DNA of 58,887 bases from Armatimonadota bacterium (GTDB taxonomy: Bacteria; Armatimonadota; Fimbriimonadia; Fimbriimonadales; GBS-DC): contig JBBIJY010000018.1 of assembly GCA_037445735.1 (NCBI GenBank), positions 1-58,887 of the forward strand. Direction: 5' to 3'. The notes under the pieces are model-generated. The model ran no database searches. It saw only the letters and a list, made by a program, of their open reading frames with translations, and was not told where the DNA came from. How positions within the stretch are numbered: the first letter of the stretch is position 1; every line of letters starts with the position of its first letter. Position numbers and translations under genes: made by a program. Shown in pieces: positions 1 to 11,006 of the stretch.

Positions 1-2
1 TG

Positions 3-659
3 GTGCGCACGATGGCGTCAGATTACACGCTGTCTGGGTTCCAGTGGCGTGGGGTGTGGGGTGAGGTTCAGAGTTCGCTCGGTGCTGGCAGGGGTTATTG
101 CGCCAATCTGGGTCATTTGGAGGATGAGACGGGCTTGGTCTATATGCGAGCGCGGTATTATGAGCCTTTGACAGGTCGGTTCATCTCGGAAGACCCTGCG
201 CGGGATGGTGTGAACTGGTATCTCTATGCCGATGGGAATCCTGTAGGGCTAGTAGATGTCCACGGTCTATTCACGATGATTGACTTAGGACTTGCCAGCC
301 TATTTGAAGGACTATTGGAGCGTGGTGACTCTCTTGCTGCACAAGCAGCCCAACAATGGGGTAAACAAAAGATTATAGATGCATGCTCCTATTGGTCAGG
401 TAGAATCTTTGGAGAGATCTTTCAAATGGAGGTCGAGCTACCATTTGGTGTTGATTTTCAAAAAGGATATGTTAAGCTAACTTTTAGGAATGTCAAAGGC
501 TATATAGGTCTGGATTTCACTGGTCATCATGGGCGTCCTCACATTGACTTTACTGGCGAATTTGCGCATTATATCAAAAAGAACTTTATGATAGGGTTGC
601 CTGGTCCTATTCGTCTCGATCTATTCGCTGAAGGATTTCTGCAGGGTATTCTCCGATGA
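3..659 (+). CDS. Rhs repeat-associated core protein, C-terminal part (open at window edge) with ~130-aa toxin tip
   Basis: GLVYMRARYYEPLTGRFISEDP...NWYLYADGNPVGLVDVHGL Rhs core motif; DxxG-type boundary (DVHG) at 255-266, after which composition becomes AT-richer. Confidence 0.9.
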   Translation: MRTMASDYTLSGFQWRGVWGEVQSSLGAGRGYCANLGHLEDETGLVYMRARYYEPLTGRFISEDPARDGVNWYLYADGNPVGLVDVHGLFTMIDLGLASLFEGLLERGDSLAAQAAQQWGKQKIIDACSYWSGRIFGEIFQMEVELPFGVDFQKGYVKLTFRNVKGYIGLDFTGHHGRPHIDFTGEFAHYIKKNFMIGLPGPIRLDLFAEGFLQGILR

Positions 660-1432
660 GTGAGCAACTTCCTATCCTCTGTATCTTGTCAGAAGCAACT
701 TGGGTAAGGGCGGATTGGACTCATATGCGATCCGACCTTAAGGCAGAGCGCAAACTCACCGCGTGTTTTACAAACGTCTATCAGTATGACGCGAGCGGTC
801 AGAGAAAGCCAATAACTGATTGGGAAGCCGCGAAACGAGAGTGTCTTATTAATATTGGGAATCATTTTAGTTTTAATTTTCTTGTGGAGGTAATTAAAAA
901 AATTGTTGGAAATCGTAAAGGTTTTTTGGTTTATAGTGGTAGCACGACTGAATATAGTTCGGCTGAGCCTCTTGTAATCACTCCTACGTTCAAGGCTTGT
1001 CGTGATCCAATCTATGCCGTGACCTTTGCGGCTTCGTGCGCAGAAGAATTTCCTCTGTTACAAGGTTTTCCTCCAGGAGACACCCCTATAGATCATTTCT
1101 ATCTAGGCTGGTTCCCTGAGAAGGATAGTGACATAATAGACGTGATCTTGGAGCGATGGCAGAGGTGGCCCTCCCCCGATTTTTCACCTTTTTTACCGAA
1201 TGGTCCATCACCTTCGCTTTATTCCGTGGAAATCACTTTCTTTGGAGAAGAGAACACTATGTTGGGGTTGTATGTTGGAGAGACTTTTGAGAATCGTGTC
1301 TGCGTAAAGTGGCTTCGTGAGGTGTTTGGGACAGAGGTGCTGCTAAAGCGATTGATTCGTGGTGAATTGTGGCGCTGGGCATTTGCTGGTTCGTACGAGG
1401 ACCTAGAAGAAGTACAATCGATTGAGGAATAG
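656..1432 (+). CDS. Hypothetical protein, probable Rhs immunity protein
   Basis: 258-aa ORF, ATGA overlap with the toxin stop, same AT-rich composition; function inferred from position only. Confidence 0.6.
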   Translation: MSEQLPILCILSEATWVRADWTHMRSDLKAERKLTACFTNVYQYDASGQRKPITDWEAAKRECLINIGNHFSFNFLVEVIKKIVGNRKGFLVYSGSTTEYSSAEPLVITPTFKACRDPIYAVTFAASCAEEFPLLQGFPPGDTPIDHFYLGWFPEKDSDIIDVILERWQRWPSPDFSPFLPNGPSPSLYSVEITFFGEENTMLGLYVGETFENRVCVKWLREVFGTEVLLKRLIRGELWRWAFAGSYEDLEEVQSIEE

Positions 1433-1570
1433 AACAGGAAATTCGTGGCGGGTGGAGTATCTGTGTGTTGGGGAGAGATGGTGTGGGTGCTCTTACAAAA
1501 TGGATCCTGATACTGTACCCCTGATAGCCTGTACCGATGGACTTTCACGCTTGCACCGATATATTGGTGA

Positions 1571-2662
1571 ATGGCGATGCGGATTCTGGAGATTGTGTCG
1601 GGCAGGGATGCGTGCGGGGCGACGGTGCATACCCTTCAAATCGCGAAGGAGCTGCATCGGCGCGGCAACACGGTCTATCTGCTGGGACGACCGGGCGCGT
1701 GGGTCTTGCAGCAAGCGCGGGTGGCAGGCGTTCCCACGCTGGAATCGGAGTTGCGACGACTGCCCCTGCACGATTTGCGAGCCGTTGCCCGCTTCTGCCG
1801 CGAGCAACAGATAGAGGTGATTCTGGCACACATGTCGCGGGCGAACAACTTTGCGGTGTGGTTGCGCCGCCTGACAGGTATTCCCGCTGTGTTGCGCGCG
1901 CATGCGCACACGCTGCACTTCCACTGGCGCATGGCAGACCATATTATTGCTGTCTCGGAGCAGACGCGCCGCTATCATATGCGCTACAATCGCGTGCTGC
2001 CGCATCGCATCAGTGTGGTGCACGGTTTTATTGAGCCGGAGCGGTTGCCGCTGACCGATAAGGCGGTTCGGGCGCAGATGCGGGCGGAGCTGGGGCTGGA
2101 GCCGGGCGCGTTTGGGGTGGGCGTGGTGGGCAATATCCTTCCGCGCAAGGGTCAGATTTATCTCGTTCGTGCGTTGCCCTCGGTTGTGCGCGAGGCGCCG
2201 CAGGTGCGCGTGCTGCTGGTGGGTGCCGTGCATCCGCCCCGCTATGGCGAGCAGATTCGGCGTGCAATCGAGCGGCTCCAGCTGGAGCCGTATGTGCACT
2301 GGCTGGGCGTGCGCTCGGATGTGCCGCGCCTGCTGCAGGCGTTTGATCTCTACGCGCTGCCGACGCTGAACGATATGCTACCGATGGCGTTGCTGGAGGC
2401 GATGTGGATGGGATTACCCGTGCTGGCAACGCGCGTGGGCGGTATTCCGGAGGCGGTGCGTGACGGGATCGACGGCTGGCTCGTGCCGCCGCGCGATCCC
2501 GCTGCACTGGCTGACGCGCTGCTGACGGCAATCCGTCAGCCCGATGAGCGTGCCCGCCGCGCCCACAACGCCCACCAGCGCATCGCCACCAGCTTCACTG
2601 CCCCGCAAAAGGTTGCCGAGATTGAGGCGATTCTGCAGAAGGTGGTGGATTCACAGCCATAG
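1571..2662 (+). CDS. Glycosyltransferase family 4
   Basis: GT-B motifs VGNILPRKGQ and LPMALLEAMWMGLPVLATRVGGIPEAV. Confidence 0.92.
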   Translation: MAMRILEIVSGRDACGATVHTLQIAKELHRRGNTVYLLGRPGAWVLQQARVAGVPTLESELRRLPLHDLRAVARFCREQQIEVILAHMSRANNFAVWLRRLTGIPAVLRAHAHTLHFHWRMADHIIAVSEQTRRYHMRYNRVLPHRISVVHGFIEPERLPLTDKAVRAQMRAELGLEPGAFGVGVVGNILPRKGQIYLVRALPSVVREAPQVRVLLVGAVHPPRYGEQIRRAIERLQLEPYVHWLGVRSDVPRLLQAFDLYALPTLNDMLPMALLEAMWMGLPVLATRVGGIPEAVRDGIDGWLVPPRDPAALADALLTAIRQPDERARRAHNAHQRIATSFTAPQKVAEIEAILQKVVDSQP

Positions 2663-2821
2663 GTGAACCCCTCAGGCGTGCTCCTTAGCAGGTGCTGTTC
2701 AGAATACACAGGAAGCTACTTCAGCAGCGCCATCCGATAATCCACCACGCGATTCCGGTTGGCTGCGTCATCCGCATGGGTACCTTCTCTGGGTCAACTG
2801 CCTCAGGTAAAATCGCTCTTG

Positions 2822-3325
2822 ATGCAGCCGCTGGTGGGCGTGATTATGGGGTCGCAATCGGACTGGGAGACGATGCGCCATGCGGTGGAGACGCTCGAAT
2901 CGCTGGGCGTGCCGTATGAGGTGCGCATCGTGTCGGCGCATCGCACGCCGGACTTACTGTTCGAGTATGCCAGCACGGCGGAGTCGCGCGGGCTGGAGGT
3001 GATTATTGCAGGCGCGGGCGGCGCGGCACACCTACCTGGTATGACGGCATCTAAAACCACCCTGCCCGTGCTGGGCGTGCCCATCGAATCGCGGGCGCTG
3101 AACGGGCTGGATTCGCTGCTGTCGATTGTGCAGATGCCGGCGGGCGTGCCCGTGGGCACGCTTGCGATTGGCAGAGCGGGCGCTGTCAACGCCGCGCTGC
3201 TGGCAACGGCAATCCTGGCGAACAAGTATCCCCATTTCCGCGAGGCGCTCCGCACCTATCGCCAGCGGCAGACCCTGGCGGTGCTGGAGAACCCCGATCC
3301 GCGAACGGAGTCGCAGCAGGGATGA
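2822..3325 (+). CDS. purE: N5-carboxyaminoimidazole ribonucleotide mutase
   Basis: [35 protein letters not shown]; start reassigned to ATG 2822. Confidence 0.97.
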   Translation: MQPLVGVIMGSQSDWETMRHAVETLESLGVPYEVRIVSAHRTPDLLFEYASTAESRGLEVIIAGAGGAAHLPGMTASKTTLPVLGVPIESRALNGLDSLLSIVQMPAGVPVGTLAIGRAGAVNAALLATAILANKYPHFREALRTYRQRQTLAVLENPDPRTESQQG

Positions 3326-4413
3326 GAGTGGGCATTCTGGGCGGTGGACAGCTGGGACGCATGCTGGCGCTGGCGGGCTATCCGCTGGGCATCACCTGTG
3401 AGGTGTTGGATCCTGCACCCGACGCATGCGCAGGTCAGGTCGCACCCCATCGCTGCGCACCCTTTGATGACCTGCATGCGCTGGCGGCGTTCGCCGACGG
3501 CAAGCGGTGCATCACCTATGAGTTCGAGAATGTGCCTCCCCAAGCCGCTGAGTGGCTGGCGATGCGCCTGCCTGTGCGACCGACCCCGCGCGCACTGGCG
3601 ATTTTTCAGGATCGGCTGACCGAGAGGGAGTTCCTGCGTTCGCTGGGCATTCCCGTGCCCGCCTTCGCCCCGATTGAGCCGAGTGAGCCAGAGCGTGCGC
3701 TTCAGCAGGTGGGGCTGCCTGCCATCATCAAAACGCGCCGATTCGGCTACGACGGCAAAGGTCAATGGCGCATCGACACCGAAGAGCAGTACCTGCGCAT
3801 CGTGCGTCAGCAGTCTCAACCGCTGCTGATGGAGGCGTTCGTCGCTTTTGAGACCGAGCTGTCGATCATCGGCGTGCGTTCGCTGCAGGGCGAAGTGGCA
3901 TGCTATCCGCTGATTGAGAACATTCACGGAGGCGGCATTTTGCGCTATTCGTTCGCGCCCGCCCGCGTGGACACAAGCCGCTTGCAGCCTGTGGCGGAGC
4001 GGTTCATCGCGACCCTGTTCGATGTGCTGGACTATGTGGGCGTGCTGACCATCGAGCTGTTTCTGGTGGGAGGACGCCTGCTGGTGAACGAGGTCGCGCC
4101 GCGCGTGCATAACAGCGGGCACTGGACAATTGAGGGCGCGGAAACGAGCCAGTTTGAGAATCACCTGCGGGCGATTCTGGGCTGGCCGCTGGGCAGCACC
4201 ACCCCGCGCGGCTACTGCCTGATGGCAAACCTCATTGGTGAGCTGCCCGACCCCCAATCGGTATTGACCATCCCGAACGCGCATCTGCATCTTTACGGCA
4301 AGCAACCGCACGCAGGCAGAAAGTTGGGACACATCACCCTGCGACACGACACCCCCGAAGAGCGCATGCAGGGCTTCGAACAGCTGCAGGCGGTTGTTCC
4401 GCTGCAGGGTTGA
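3322..4413 (+). CDS. purK: N5-carboxyaminoimidazole ribonucleotide synthase
   Basis: [44 protein letters not shown]; overlaps purE stop. Confidence 0.97.
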   Translation: MRVGILGGGQLGRMLALAGYPLGITCEVLDPAPDACAGQVAPHRCAPFDDLHALAAFADGKRCITYEFENVPPQAAEWLAMRLPVRPTPRALAIFQDRLTEREFLRSLGIPVPAFAPIEPSEPERALQQVGLPAIIKTRRFGYDGKGQWRIDTEEQYLRIVRQQSQPLLMEAFVAFETELSIIGVRSLQGEVACYPLIENIHGGGILRYSFAPARVDTSRLQPVAERFIATLFDVLDYVGVLTIELFLVGGRLLVNEVAPRVHNSGHWTIEGAETSQFENHLRAILGWPLGSTTPRGYCLMANLIGELPDPQSVLTIPNAHLHLYGKQPHAGRKLGHITLRHDTPEERMQGFEQLQAVVPLQG

Positions 4414-4439
4414 CTTACCGCACGGGTATCAGGTAAACT
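4410..4439 (+). promoter_or_regulatory. Putative sigma70-type promoter for G5/3D gene
   Basis: TTGACT-18 nt-TAAACT; SD GGGAGG before ATG 4491. Confidence 0.45.
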
Positions 4440-4490
4440 GGGCTGGTCAATCGGCGAGACCGTTCACGGTTTCGCAAAGGGAGGTGACGA

Positions 4491-5192
4491 ATGAGCCGTG
4501 GAAGCGGCACCCTTCGGGGAGACGGGTGGCGACGGTACGGCTGGGTGGCAGGACTGGTGCTTGTTGTCAGCGGCGCGGCGCAATCGCGCCCGCCGTCAAC
4601 ATTAGCGGTGTCCTACTGCGTGGAGCGACTGGAGCGCATTGAGCCACCCACCATTTTCGAGGTGAATCATCGCTTACAACCGCGCCAGCGCGTGCTGGTG
4701 CAGAAAGGCGAGCCGGGGCTGCAGCGCGTGCGCTGGCGCGTGGTGCAACGCAACGGACGCATTCTGGAGCGCCAGCTGCTCGAATCGGAGCTGTTGAAAC
4801 CCCCGCAGCCGAATCTCTACCATGTGGGCGTCTATCGGCATATCGCCTCGCGCGGGCAGGTGGCGCGCGGCAATAGCTTCCGCACGACGCGCGTGCTGGA
4901 GATGGAGGCGACCGCCTACACCGCGCATCGGAGCGGCGGCGGCACGGGCACGGGGCGTACCGCCTCTGGTCTGCCCGCTGGCTACGGACTGGTCGCCGTC
5001 GATCCGCGTGTGATCCCGTTCGGCACAGTGCTGTATATTGAAGGCTACGGCATGGCGATTGCCGCCGATCGCGGACGCGCCATCAAAGGACGCCGCATCG
5101 ACCTCTATTTCCATTCGCGGCGGGCTGCCCTCCAGTTCGGGCGACGGCGCGTGCGCGTGCATATCCTGCAAATCCATCCTTCGGAGGAGTGA
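4491..5192 (+). CDS. Secreted G5 + 3D domain protein (cell-wall associated)
   Basis: N-terminal hydrophobic segment, G5-like VQKGEPG region, MEATAYT...TASG...AVDPRVIPFGT...ADRGRAIKGRRIDLY 3D domain. Confidence 0.88.
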   Translation: MSRGSGTLRGDGWRRYGWVAGLVLVVSGAAQSRPPSTLAVSYCVERLERIEPPTIFEVNHRLQPRQRVLVQKGEPGLQRVRWRVVQRNGRILERQLLESELLKPPQPNLYHVGVYRHIASRGQVARGNSFRTTRVLEMEATAYTAHRSGGGTGTGRTASGLPAGYGLVAVDPRVIPFGTVLYIEGYGMAIAADRGRAIKGRRIDLYFHSRRAALQFGRRRVRVHILQIHPSEE

Positions 5193-5197
5193 GCGCA

Positions 5198-5884
5198 ATG
5201 CAGACAATCAAACAGCAGGAAGTAGCGCTTCTGGTGGGCGGCGAGCGGGTGCGCGCCTATGCCGCCATCCCTGCCCAACCGCGCGGCGGAATGCTGCTCG
5301 TGCACGAATGGTGGGGGCTGAACGACTGGATTAAAGAGCAGGCGAACCGTCTGGCGCAGAACGGCTACCTCGCGCTGGCGGTCGACCTCTATCGGGGCAA
5401 GGTGGCGACCGATCCCGAAACGGCGCACGAGCTGTCGCGCGCCCTGCCCGAAGACCGCGCCATGCGTGACCTCAAGGCGGGCATCGACTGGCTGCTGCGC
5501 CGTTCCGAGCTGCGCGGCAAGAAGGTGGGCGTCATCGGCTGGTGCATGGGGGGCGGGCTGGCGCTGAGCCTCGCGTTGCAGGAGCCGCGCCTGTCCGCCT
5601 GCATCATCTACTACGGGCGCCTGCTGACCGACGAGGCGACCCTGCGCCACCTGCGCTGCCCCGTGCTGGGCATCTTCGGCGACCAGGATCGGGGCATCCC
5701 CATCGAATCGGTGCGCCAGTTCGAAACGACACTCAAACGGCTGGGCAAGCGCGTGGAGGTGCATATCTTTCAGGGTGCAGGGCACGCCTTCGCGAACCCC
5801 AACAACCGCCGCGGCTATAACCCCCAGGCTGCCGCCCAGGCCTGGCGCCTCACCCTGCGATTCCTGAATACCACCCTGAAGTAG
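5198..5884 (+). CDS. Dienelactone hydrolase family protein
   Basis: HEWWGLN, GWCMGG nucleophile motif, GAGHAFAN. Confidence 0.92.
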   Translation: MQTIKQQEVALLVGGERVRAYAAIPAQPRGGMLLVHEWWGLNDWIKEQANRLAQNGYLALAVDLYRGKVATDPETAHELSRALPEDRAMRDLKAGIDWLLRRSELRGKKVGVIGWCMGGGLALSLALQEPRLSACIIYYGRLLTDEATLRHLRCPVLGIFGDQDRGIPIESVRQFETTLKRLGKRVEVHIFQGAGHAFANPNNRRGYNPQAAAQAWRLTLRFLNTTLK

Positions 5885-6079
5885 CACCTGACCGTATGGA
5901 AACAGATAGAGACAGGCGATCCTAACTGGCGCAAGGTGCGCGTGAATGACCTGATTCGGCTTTATGATGCTGCCATCACCTTCACCAGGCCGCACTTTCG
6001 GGACCCACGGCTTGCCGAGGGGTTCGGATTAGAATCGCTGTTCACCAAGCTGCGAGGTGCAACCCATGGCGAACCATAA
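5885..6079 (+). pseudogene. 3' remnant of an unknown gene directly upstream of the methyltransferase
   Basis: Open frame without a convincing start (HLTVWKQIETGDPNWRKVRVNDLIRLYDAAITFTRPHFRDPRLAEGFGLESLFTKLRGATHGEP*) whose stop overlaps the MTase start. Confidence 0.5.
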
Positions 6080-7876
6080 GCGCTGGACACTGATTCTCAA
6101 GCTCCGCAGTAATATCGAACTGGAAGGCGATTTGCAGCTGGCGGAGATGGAAATCAGCCGCCTGCTGGACTGCCTGCCTGAGCCACTGGATAGAAGTGAA
6201 CTTGACTCGCTGGTATCCGAAGGGGTTCTGCTATCTCACGATGCACGCCACTGCCGCAAGAACGGCATAGTTGCCTATCGCGCCAGCACGAATGAATTCG
6301 AACCTTTCAAGCTGTTTCAGCGGCTCTCGTTTGTTGAATTGGTGGTCGGGGAAGCAAATATTTCAGAAGGATACTCGGATAAGGCTCTGCAGGCTCTTGA
6401 GCGCGTGCCAGCACCTTTTATTCGGCTCGAATCGTGCTACCGCACACTTCGATTCCGTTTGATACCGTTTAATACCGCCGCGGAATGGTCGGATGTGGTC
6501 GCTAAGCGTGCCACCAGCCCAGAGGAGGCTATTAAAGCGCTGGAGCGGACACTTAAACTGGCACTTGAGGGCGACTGTACCCATCGAAGAGAGAGCCTGC
6601 CAGAACAGGCTATATCTGCCCGATTGACCACGGGACATCTCTTTCACGGGTTGCACATTTACAAAGCGAAGTTCTTCCCTCGTATGGCGCGCGCCATCCT
6701 CAATATCTGGGCACCATGCACGAACGCTGTTGTGCTTGACCCCTATGTTGGCAGTGGCACGGCTCTCACCGAGGCAACCGTCATGGGAATGCCGTCGGCA
6801 GGCGTGGATATCGATCCGCTGTCGGTGTTAATCGCTCAAGCAAAAGTCAACCTGCTTCATGCGGCAGAGGGAACCATTCGGGAGCAAGCATTGACGGCAA
6901 TAGAGCGATTGGAGAGCTTAAAGTCGGGGCAACCATCGCTGTTCCAGATACATGATAAGCGCGCCGCTTACGGAGTCATTCCGCCATTCCTCCTGAGACG
7001 GATTCCTGCCCCAATACAGGAGGAAATCGCTGGGGACATCGCTCTATCTTTGTCGGCGATTACCGGGCTGGATGAAGCAATTATCCCTTTGCGCGTGGCA
7101 TTAAGCGACGCCATTTCACGCAAACTCAGATTTCGGTTTCTGGGGTTAGGCTACGGGCGCTTCTCGCTTACCATTGCGCCGTGGCGTATCGCGGAGATGT
7201 TTCGCAGCAATCTGGAGTACCTGGCAAAATCGATAGCGGTCTGGTGCTGGTTGCGAGAGGTAGCGCGGATACCACTACCACCTTCAGAGGCGCTGCTGGG
7301 CGATGCTCGCGCTCTGCCCTTTGAGAATAACACTTTTGATCTGGTGATTACAAGCCCGCCCTACATGCCCGCCTCATCGGGACGGGAGAACTATCTCAAA
7401 AGCAAAGCGCTGGCGATGACGGTTCTCGGGCTGCTCCGCTCCGAGCAGATAGAGGAACAGGAGGCTCGGCAGGTCGGTTCCGTGCATCGCGCGGGCACAC
7501 TGGAGGAGCTACCGCCAAGGGCGCGGGAGGTCGTGCAGTGGATGGAGTCGGACGAGGTGCGCCGGGTCAAGGCTGCTGCAACGGCTGGATATTTTGCCGA
7601 CCTTGCCCAATCGTTGCGTGAGATTCGGCGCGTGTTGCGTCCGGGGGGCGCTGTGCCATCGTCGTTGCTCGCCAGCACACCTTCTATCGCTACCGCTCGC
7701 GCGAGATTGTGCGGGTGATTGATAACGCGGAGGTGGTCGCGGAGCTGGCAGCCGCGAACGGCTTGCAGGTCGAGACCGCCCTTCATGTGGAACTGAACAA
7801 GCAGAACGCGGTCGCACGCCCGCGCTCGCTGGATGCCTACTATGAGACGATCCTGATCCTCCACCACCCAGCCTGA
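6066..7876 (+). pseudogene. DNA methyltransferase (N4-C/N6-A, motif I before motif IV), frameshifted at a G6 run
   Basis: HGLHIYKAKF, VLDPYVGSGT (~6738), TSPPY (7353-7364), RRVLRPGG; one extra G at 7643-7648 gives RPGGRCAIVVARQHTF...YETILILHHPA* ending 7876. Confidence 0.85.
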
Positions 7877-7913
7877 GTCTTCTTCTTTTTGTAGCGGGGT
7901 ACACTGCGCATGG

Positions 7914-8855
7914 ATGGACCGCCTGATTGTGATTCTGGGTCCGACGGCGGTGGGGAAGACAGCAGTGGGACTGCGAGTGGCGGAGCAGATAGGAGCCGAG
8001 ATTATCTCCGCCGATTCAGCAGCCGTCTATCGCGGGATGGACATCGGCACAGCGAAGCCCACGCCCGAAGAGCGCGCCCGCGTGCGATTCCACCTGATCG
8101 ATGTGGCAGACCCGAGCGAGCCGTTCACCGCCGCGAAGTTCCGCGAGCGGGCGCTCGACGCCATTCGCGAGATTCAGGCGCGAGGCAGGCGCGTGCTGAT
8201 TGTAGGGGGCACGGGACTCTATTTGCGCGTGCTGCTGCACGGCTTCAGCCTCGCGCCGCCGCCCGGCGACCCCGCCGTGCGCCAGAGGCTCCAGCAGGAA
8301 GCGCGACAGCACGGCTTGCCCGCCCTCTATGCACGATTGCAACAGATCGACCCCGAAGCCGCCGCTCGAATCCATCCTAACGACGCCGTGCGCATCGTGC
8401 GCGCGCTGGAGGTGTACGCGACCACAGGCAAGCCCATCAGCCAGTGGCAACGGCGCGCCGAATCGGAGCTGCCCGCGCTCAAGTTCGGACTGACCATGCC
8501 CCGAAACCTGCTCTACCAGCGCATCGACGCGCGCGTCGACCAGATGATGGCGCAGGGATTTCTCAACGAGGTGCAGAATCTGCTCTCGAAAGGGTACAAT
8601 AAAGACCTGCCCGCCCTCAAAGGGTTGGGCTACCGGCATCTGATCGCCCATCTGATGGGCGAATGCACGCTGGACGAAGCGGTCGCACGCTGGAAACGCG
8701 ACACGCGACGCTTCGCAAAGCGTCAGATGACCTGGTTCCGTCGGGAGCCAGTCATCCGCTGGCTCGATGCCAGCGCGGGCGTGGAAGCGACCGCGCAACA
8801 AATTGTGCAGATGATTGCGCAACAGGGAGGGCAAGATTATGGCAAAAGCGATTAA
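7914..8855 (+). CDS. miaA: tRNA dimethylallyltransferase
   Basis: [41 protein letters not shown]. Confidence 0.97.
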   Translation: MDRLIVILGPTAVGKTAVGLRVAEQIGAEIISADSAAVYRGMDIGTAKPTPEERARVRFHLIDVADPSEPFTAAKFRERALDAIREIQARGRRVLIVGGTGLYLRVLLHGFSLAPPPGDPAVRQRLQQEARQHGLPALYARLQQIDPEAAARIHPNDAVRIVRALEVYATTGKPISQWQRRAESELPALKFGLTMPRNLLYQRIDARVDQMMAQGFLNEVQNLLSKGYNKDLPALKGLGYRHLIAHLMGECTLDEAVARWKRDTRRFAKRQMTWFRREPVIRWLDASAGVEATAQQIVQMIAQQGGQDYGKSD

Positions 8856-9102
8856 CTTGCAGGATATGTTTTTGAATCAGGTGCGCAAGGAAGGAATCGG
8901 CGTCACTGTCTACCTGAGCGGAGGCATCCAGCTGCGGGGGGTTGTGCGCGGCTTCGACGCATTCACCATCCTGCTGGAAAGCCCGGGCAAGCCCGTGCAA
9001 CTGGTGTATAAACACGCCATCACGACGATTGTGCCGTCGCGACCCGTAACGGGCTACGGTCCCGGTCGCCCCCAGCAGGAAACCAGCGAGTACGAAGAGT
9101 GA
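8839..9102 (+). CDS. hfq: RNA chaperone Hfq
   Basis: [26 protein letters not shown]...FDAFTILL...LVYKHAITT; miaA-hfq synteny; SD GGGAGG. Confidence 0.96.
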   Translation: MAKAINLQDMFLNQVRKEGIGVTVYLSGGIQLRGVVRGFDAFTILLESPGKPVQLVYKHAITTIVPSRPVTGYGPGRPQQETSEYEE

Positions 9103-9995
9103 GTCGGCGAGCGTTCGTTAAGCTGCAGGGCAACGGCAACGACTTCGTGCTGGTCGACGCGCTCGATCCCGCCTGTGGCTGGCAGGGGGAGTCGGGGACG
9201 GCTCCCGACTGGAGCCGCTGGGCGGTTCGGCTGTGCGATCGGCGGTTCGGCGTCGGCGCGGACGGCTTGCTGGTCGTCGAACGGGGCGAGCAGGCGCCCT
9301 ATCGGATGCGCATTTTCAACCCCGACGGCAGCGAGGCGGAGATGTGCGGCAACGGCATCCGCTGCTTCGCCCGCTACCTGCTGATGCGCTGGGAGCCAGG
9401 CGCACCAACCGTTGCGATTGAGACGGGCGCCGGAGTGCGATTCGTGCACCGTGCCGACGCCGAAGGGCGGCAGCTGACCGTCGAGATGGGCGTTCCGCGC
9501 CTCGCCCGCCGCGAGGTGCCCGCGCTCGGCGAGCCGCCTGACCAGCCGATGCTCCAGCAGCCACTGGAGATCGGCGGGCAAACCCTGCGGGTGAGCGCGG
9601 TCAACACGGGCACGCCCCACGCCGTGCTGTTCACCGAGGATGTGCAGGCGTTCCCGCTGGAATCGGTCGGCGCCGCTATCGAAAATCATCCGCTCTTCCC
9701 CCAGCGCGTGAATGTGCAGGTGGCTCAAATCGTGCGACCCGATTATGCCCTCGTGCGCACATGGGAGCGGAGCGCGGGCGCCACGCTCGCCTGCGGCACC
9801 GGCGCATGCGCCGTCGTGGTCGTGGGACACCTGCTCCAGAAACTGAACCGCTGCGCCACCATCCGCATGCCCGGCGGCGAACTGCTCATCGAATGGCGCG
9901 ACGACAACCTGCTATTGATGACCGGACCCGCCGATGCAGTGTTCAAGGGCGAGCTGAGCGGGTGGTGGGACGAAACCTCAACCGAAGGAGGCTGA
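9099..9995 (+). CDS. dapF: Diaminopimelate epimerase
   Basis: [46 protein letters not shown]. Confidence 0.96.
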   Translation: MSRRAFVKLQGNGNDFVLVDALDPACGWQGESGTAPDWSRWAVRLCDRRFGVGADGLLVVERGEQAPYRMRIFNPDGSEAEMCGNGIRCFARYLLMRWEPGAPTVAIETGAGVRFVHRADAEGRQLTVEMGVPRLARREVPALGEPPDQPMLQQPLEIGGQTLRVSAVNTGTPHAVLFTEDVQAFPLESVGAAIENHPLFPQRVNVQVAQIVRPDYALVRTWERSAGATLACGTGACAVVVVGHLLQKLNRCATIRMPGGELLIEWRDDNLLLMTGPADAVFKGELSGWWDETSTEGG

Positions 9996-9996
9996 C

Positions 9997-10746
9997 ATGG
10001 CAGTGATTCGTGTGCTGGTGTGGGACGAGAACCCGCCCCATGTGGCGAAGGCGATCTACCCTGAAAGCATTCGGGGCACAATCGCGGACGGCTTGCGCGA
10101 GCTGGGCGGCGACAGCCTGCAGGTGCAGACCGCGCACCTCGATGAACCCGAACAGGGCTGCTCGATGGAGCGCCTGCGCCAGACCGATGTGCTGATCTGG
10201 TGGGGACATGTGCGGCACGCGCAGGTGTCGGACGAGACCGTCGAGCGCATCCGCCAGCGCGTGCATCACGAGGGCATGGGGCTTGTGGTGCTGCATTCGG
10301 GACACTATTCCAAGCCGTTCCAGCGCGTGCTGGGCTGTACAGGTCATCTCAAAGGCGGCTGGCGCGAGAAGCACCCACCCGAACCCGAACAGATTCGCGT
10401 GTGCGCGCCGTGGCACCCGATTGCACAGGGCATCGAGGACTTCGTGATCGAGCATGAGGAGATGTACGGCGCGCCTTTCGATGTGCCGCCGCCGCTGGTG
10501 GTTGTGTTCCAGTCCTACTTCCCTGAAGGGGGCGAGAGCTTCCCCAGCGGGCTATGCTGGACGGTGGGCGACGGCATCGATCCGGACTTCACCTCTGGTC
10601 CGGGCGGCGGCGTGCATCAGGGCTACGGCATCGGGCGCGTGTTCTACTTCCGACCCGGACACGAATCGGTGCCCACCTACCATCACCCGATAGTGCGCCG
10701 CATCATCTATAATGGGGTGCTGTGGTGCGCGAAGCGGACGGGGTAA
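9997..10746 (+). CDS. ThuA-like (trehalose utilisation) domain protein
   Basis: [38 protein letters not shown]. Confidence 0.88.
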   Translation: MAVIRVLVWDENPPHVAKAIYPESIRGTIADGLRELGGDSLQVQTAHLDEPEQGCSMERLRQTDVLIWWGHVRHAQVSDETVERIRQRVHHEGMGLVVLHSGHYSKPFQRVLGCTGHLKGGWREKHPPEPEQIRVCAPWHPIAQGIEDFVIEHEEMYGAPFDVPPPLVVVFQSYFPEGGESFPSGLCWTVGDGIDPDFTSGPGGGVHQGYGIGRVFYFRPGHESVPTYHHPIVRRIIYNGVLWCAKRTG

Positions 10747-10832
10747 TCGATCTGCGTTCCGACACGGTGACTCAGCCGACGCCCGCCATGCGCCGCGCGA
10801 TGGCGGAGGCAGAGGTGGGTGACGATGTGCTG
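10722..10832 (+). pseudogene. ltaE: 5' fragment of low-specificity L-threonine aldolase
   Basis: Translates ...[30 protein letters not shown], the conserved N-terminus; similarity then stops abruptly. Confidence 0.85.
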
Positions 10833-10851
10833 GCGCATTTAGACCAGCCCC

Positions 10852-10881
10852 TTGAAAAACGCGCATCCGATGTGCTATACT
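10852..10881 (+). promoter_or_regulatory. Sigma70-type promoter of the island
   Basis: TTGAAA (10852)-18 nt-TATACT (10876) with TGn extension; SD GGGAGG 10912-10917 before ATG 10924. Confidence 0.65.
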
Positions 10882-10991
10882 ATAGACCAGCGTAGCAGAA
10901 TACAAAGAAGTGGGAGGCAGACCATGCGACGGCTGACGATGGATGGTCACAGTGGCTTTGTAAGAATCCTCACAACCCGCTTCAATCCAGC

Positions 10992-11003
10992 GGGGGGGGG
11001 GGG
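10992..11003 (+). repeat. G12 homopolymer (candidate slipped-strand switch)
   Basis: 12 consecutive G between ATG 10924 and ATG 11007. Confidence 0.9.
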
Positions 11004-11006
11004 TGG

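Noticed and set aside
2680-2800. Possible purine riboswitch or small gene upstream of purE
   Set aside because: No recognisable aptamer motif; the -10 box sits right at the purE start; at most a short minus-strand gene tail I cannot assign
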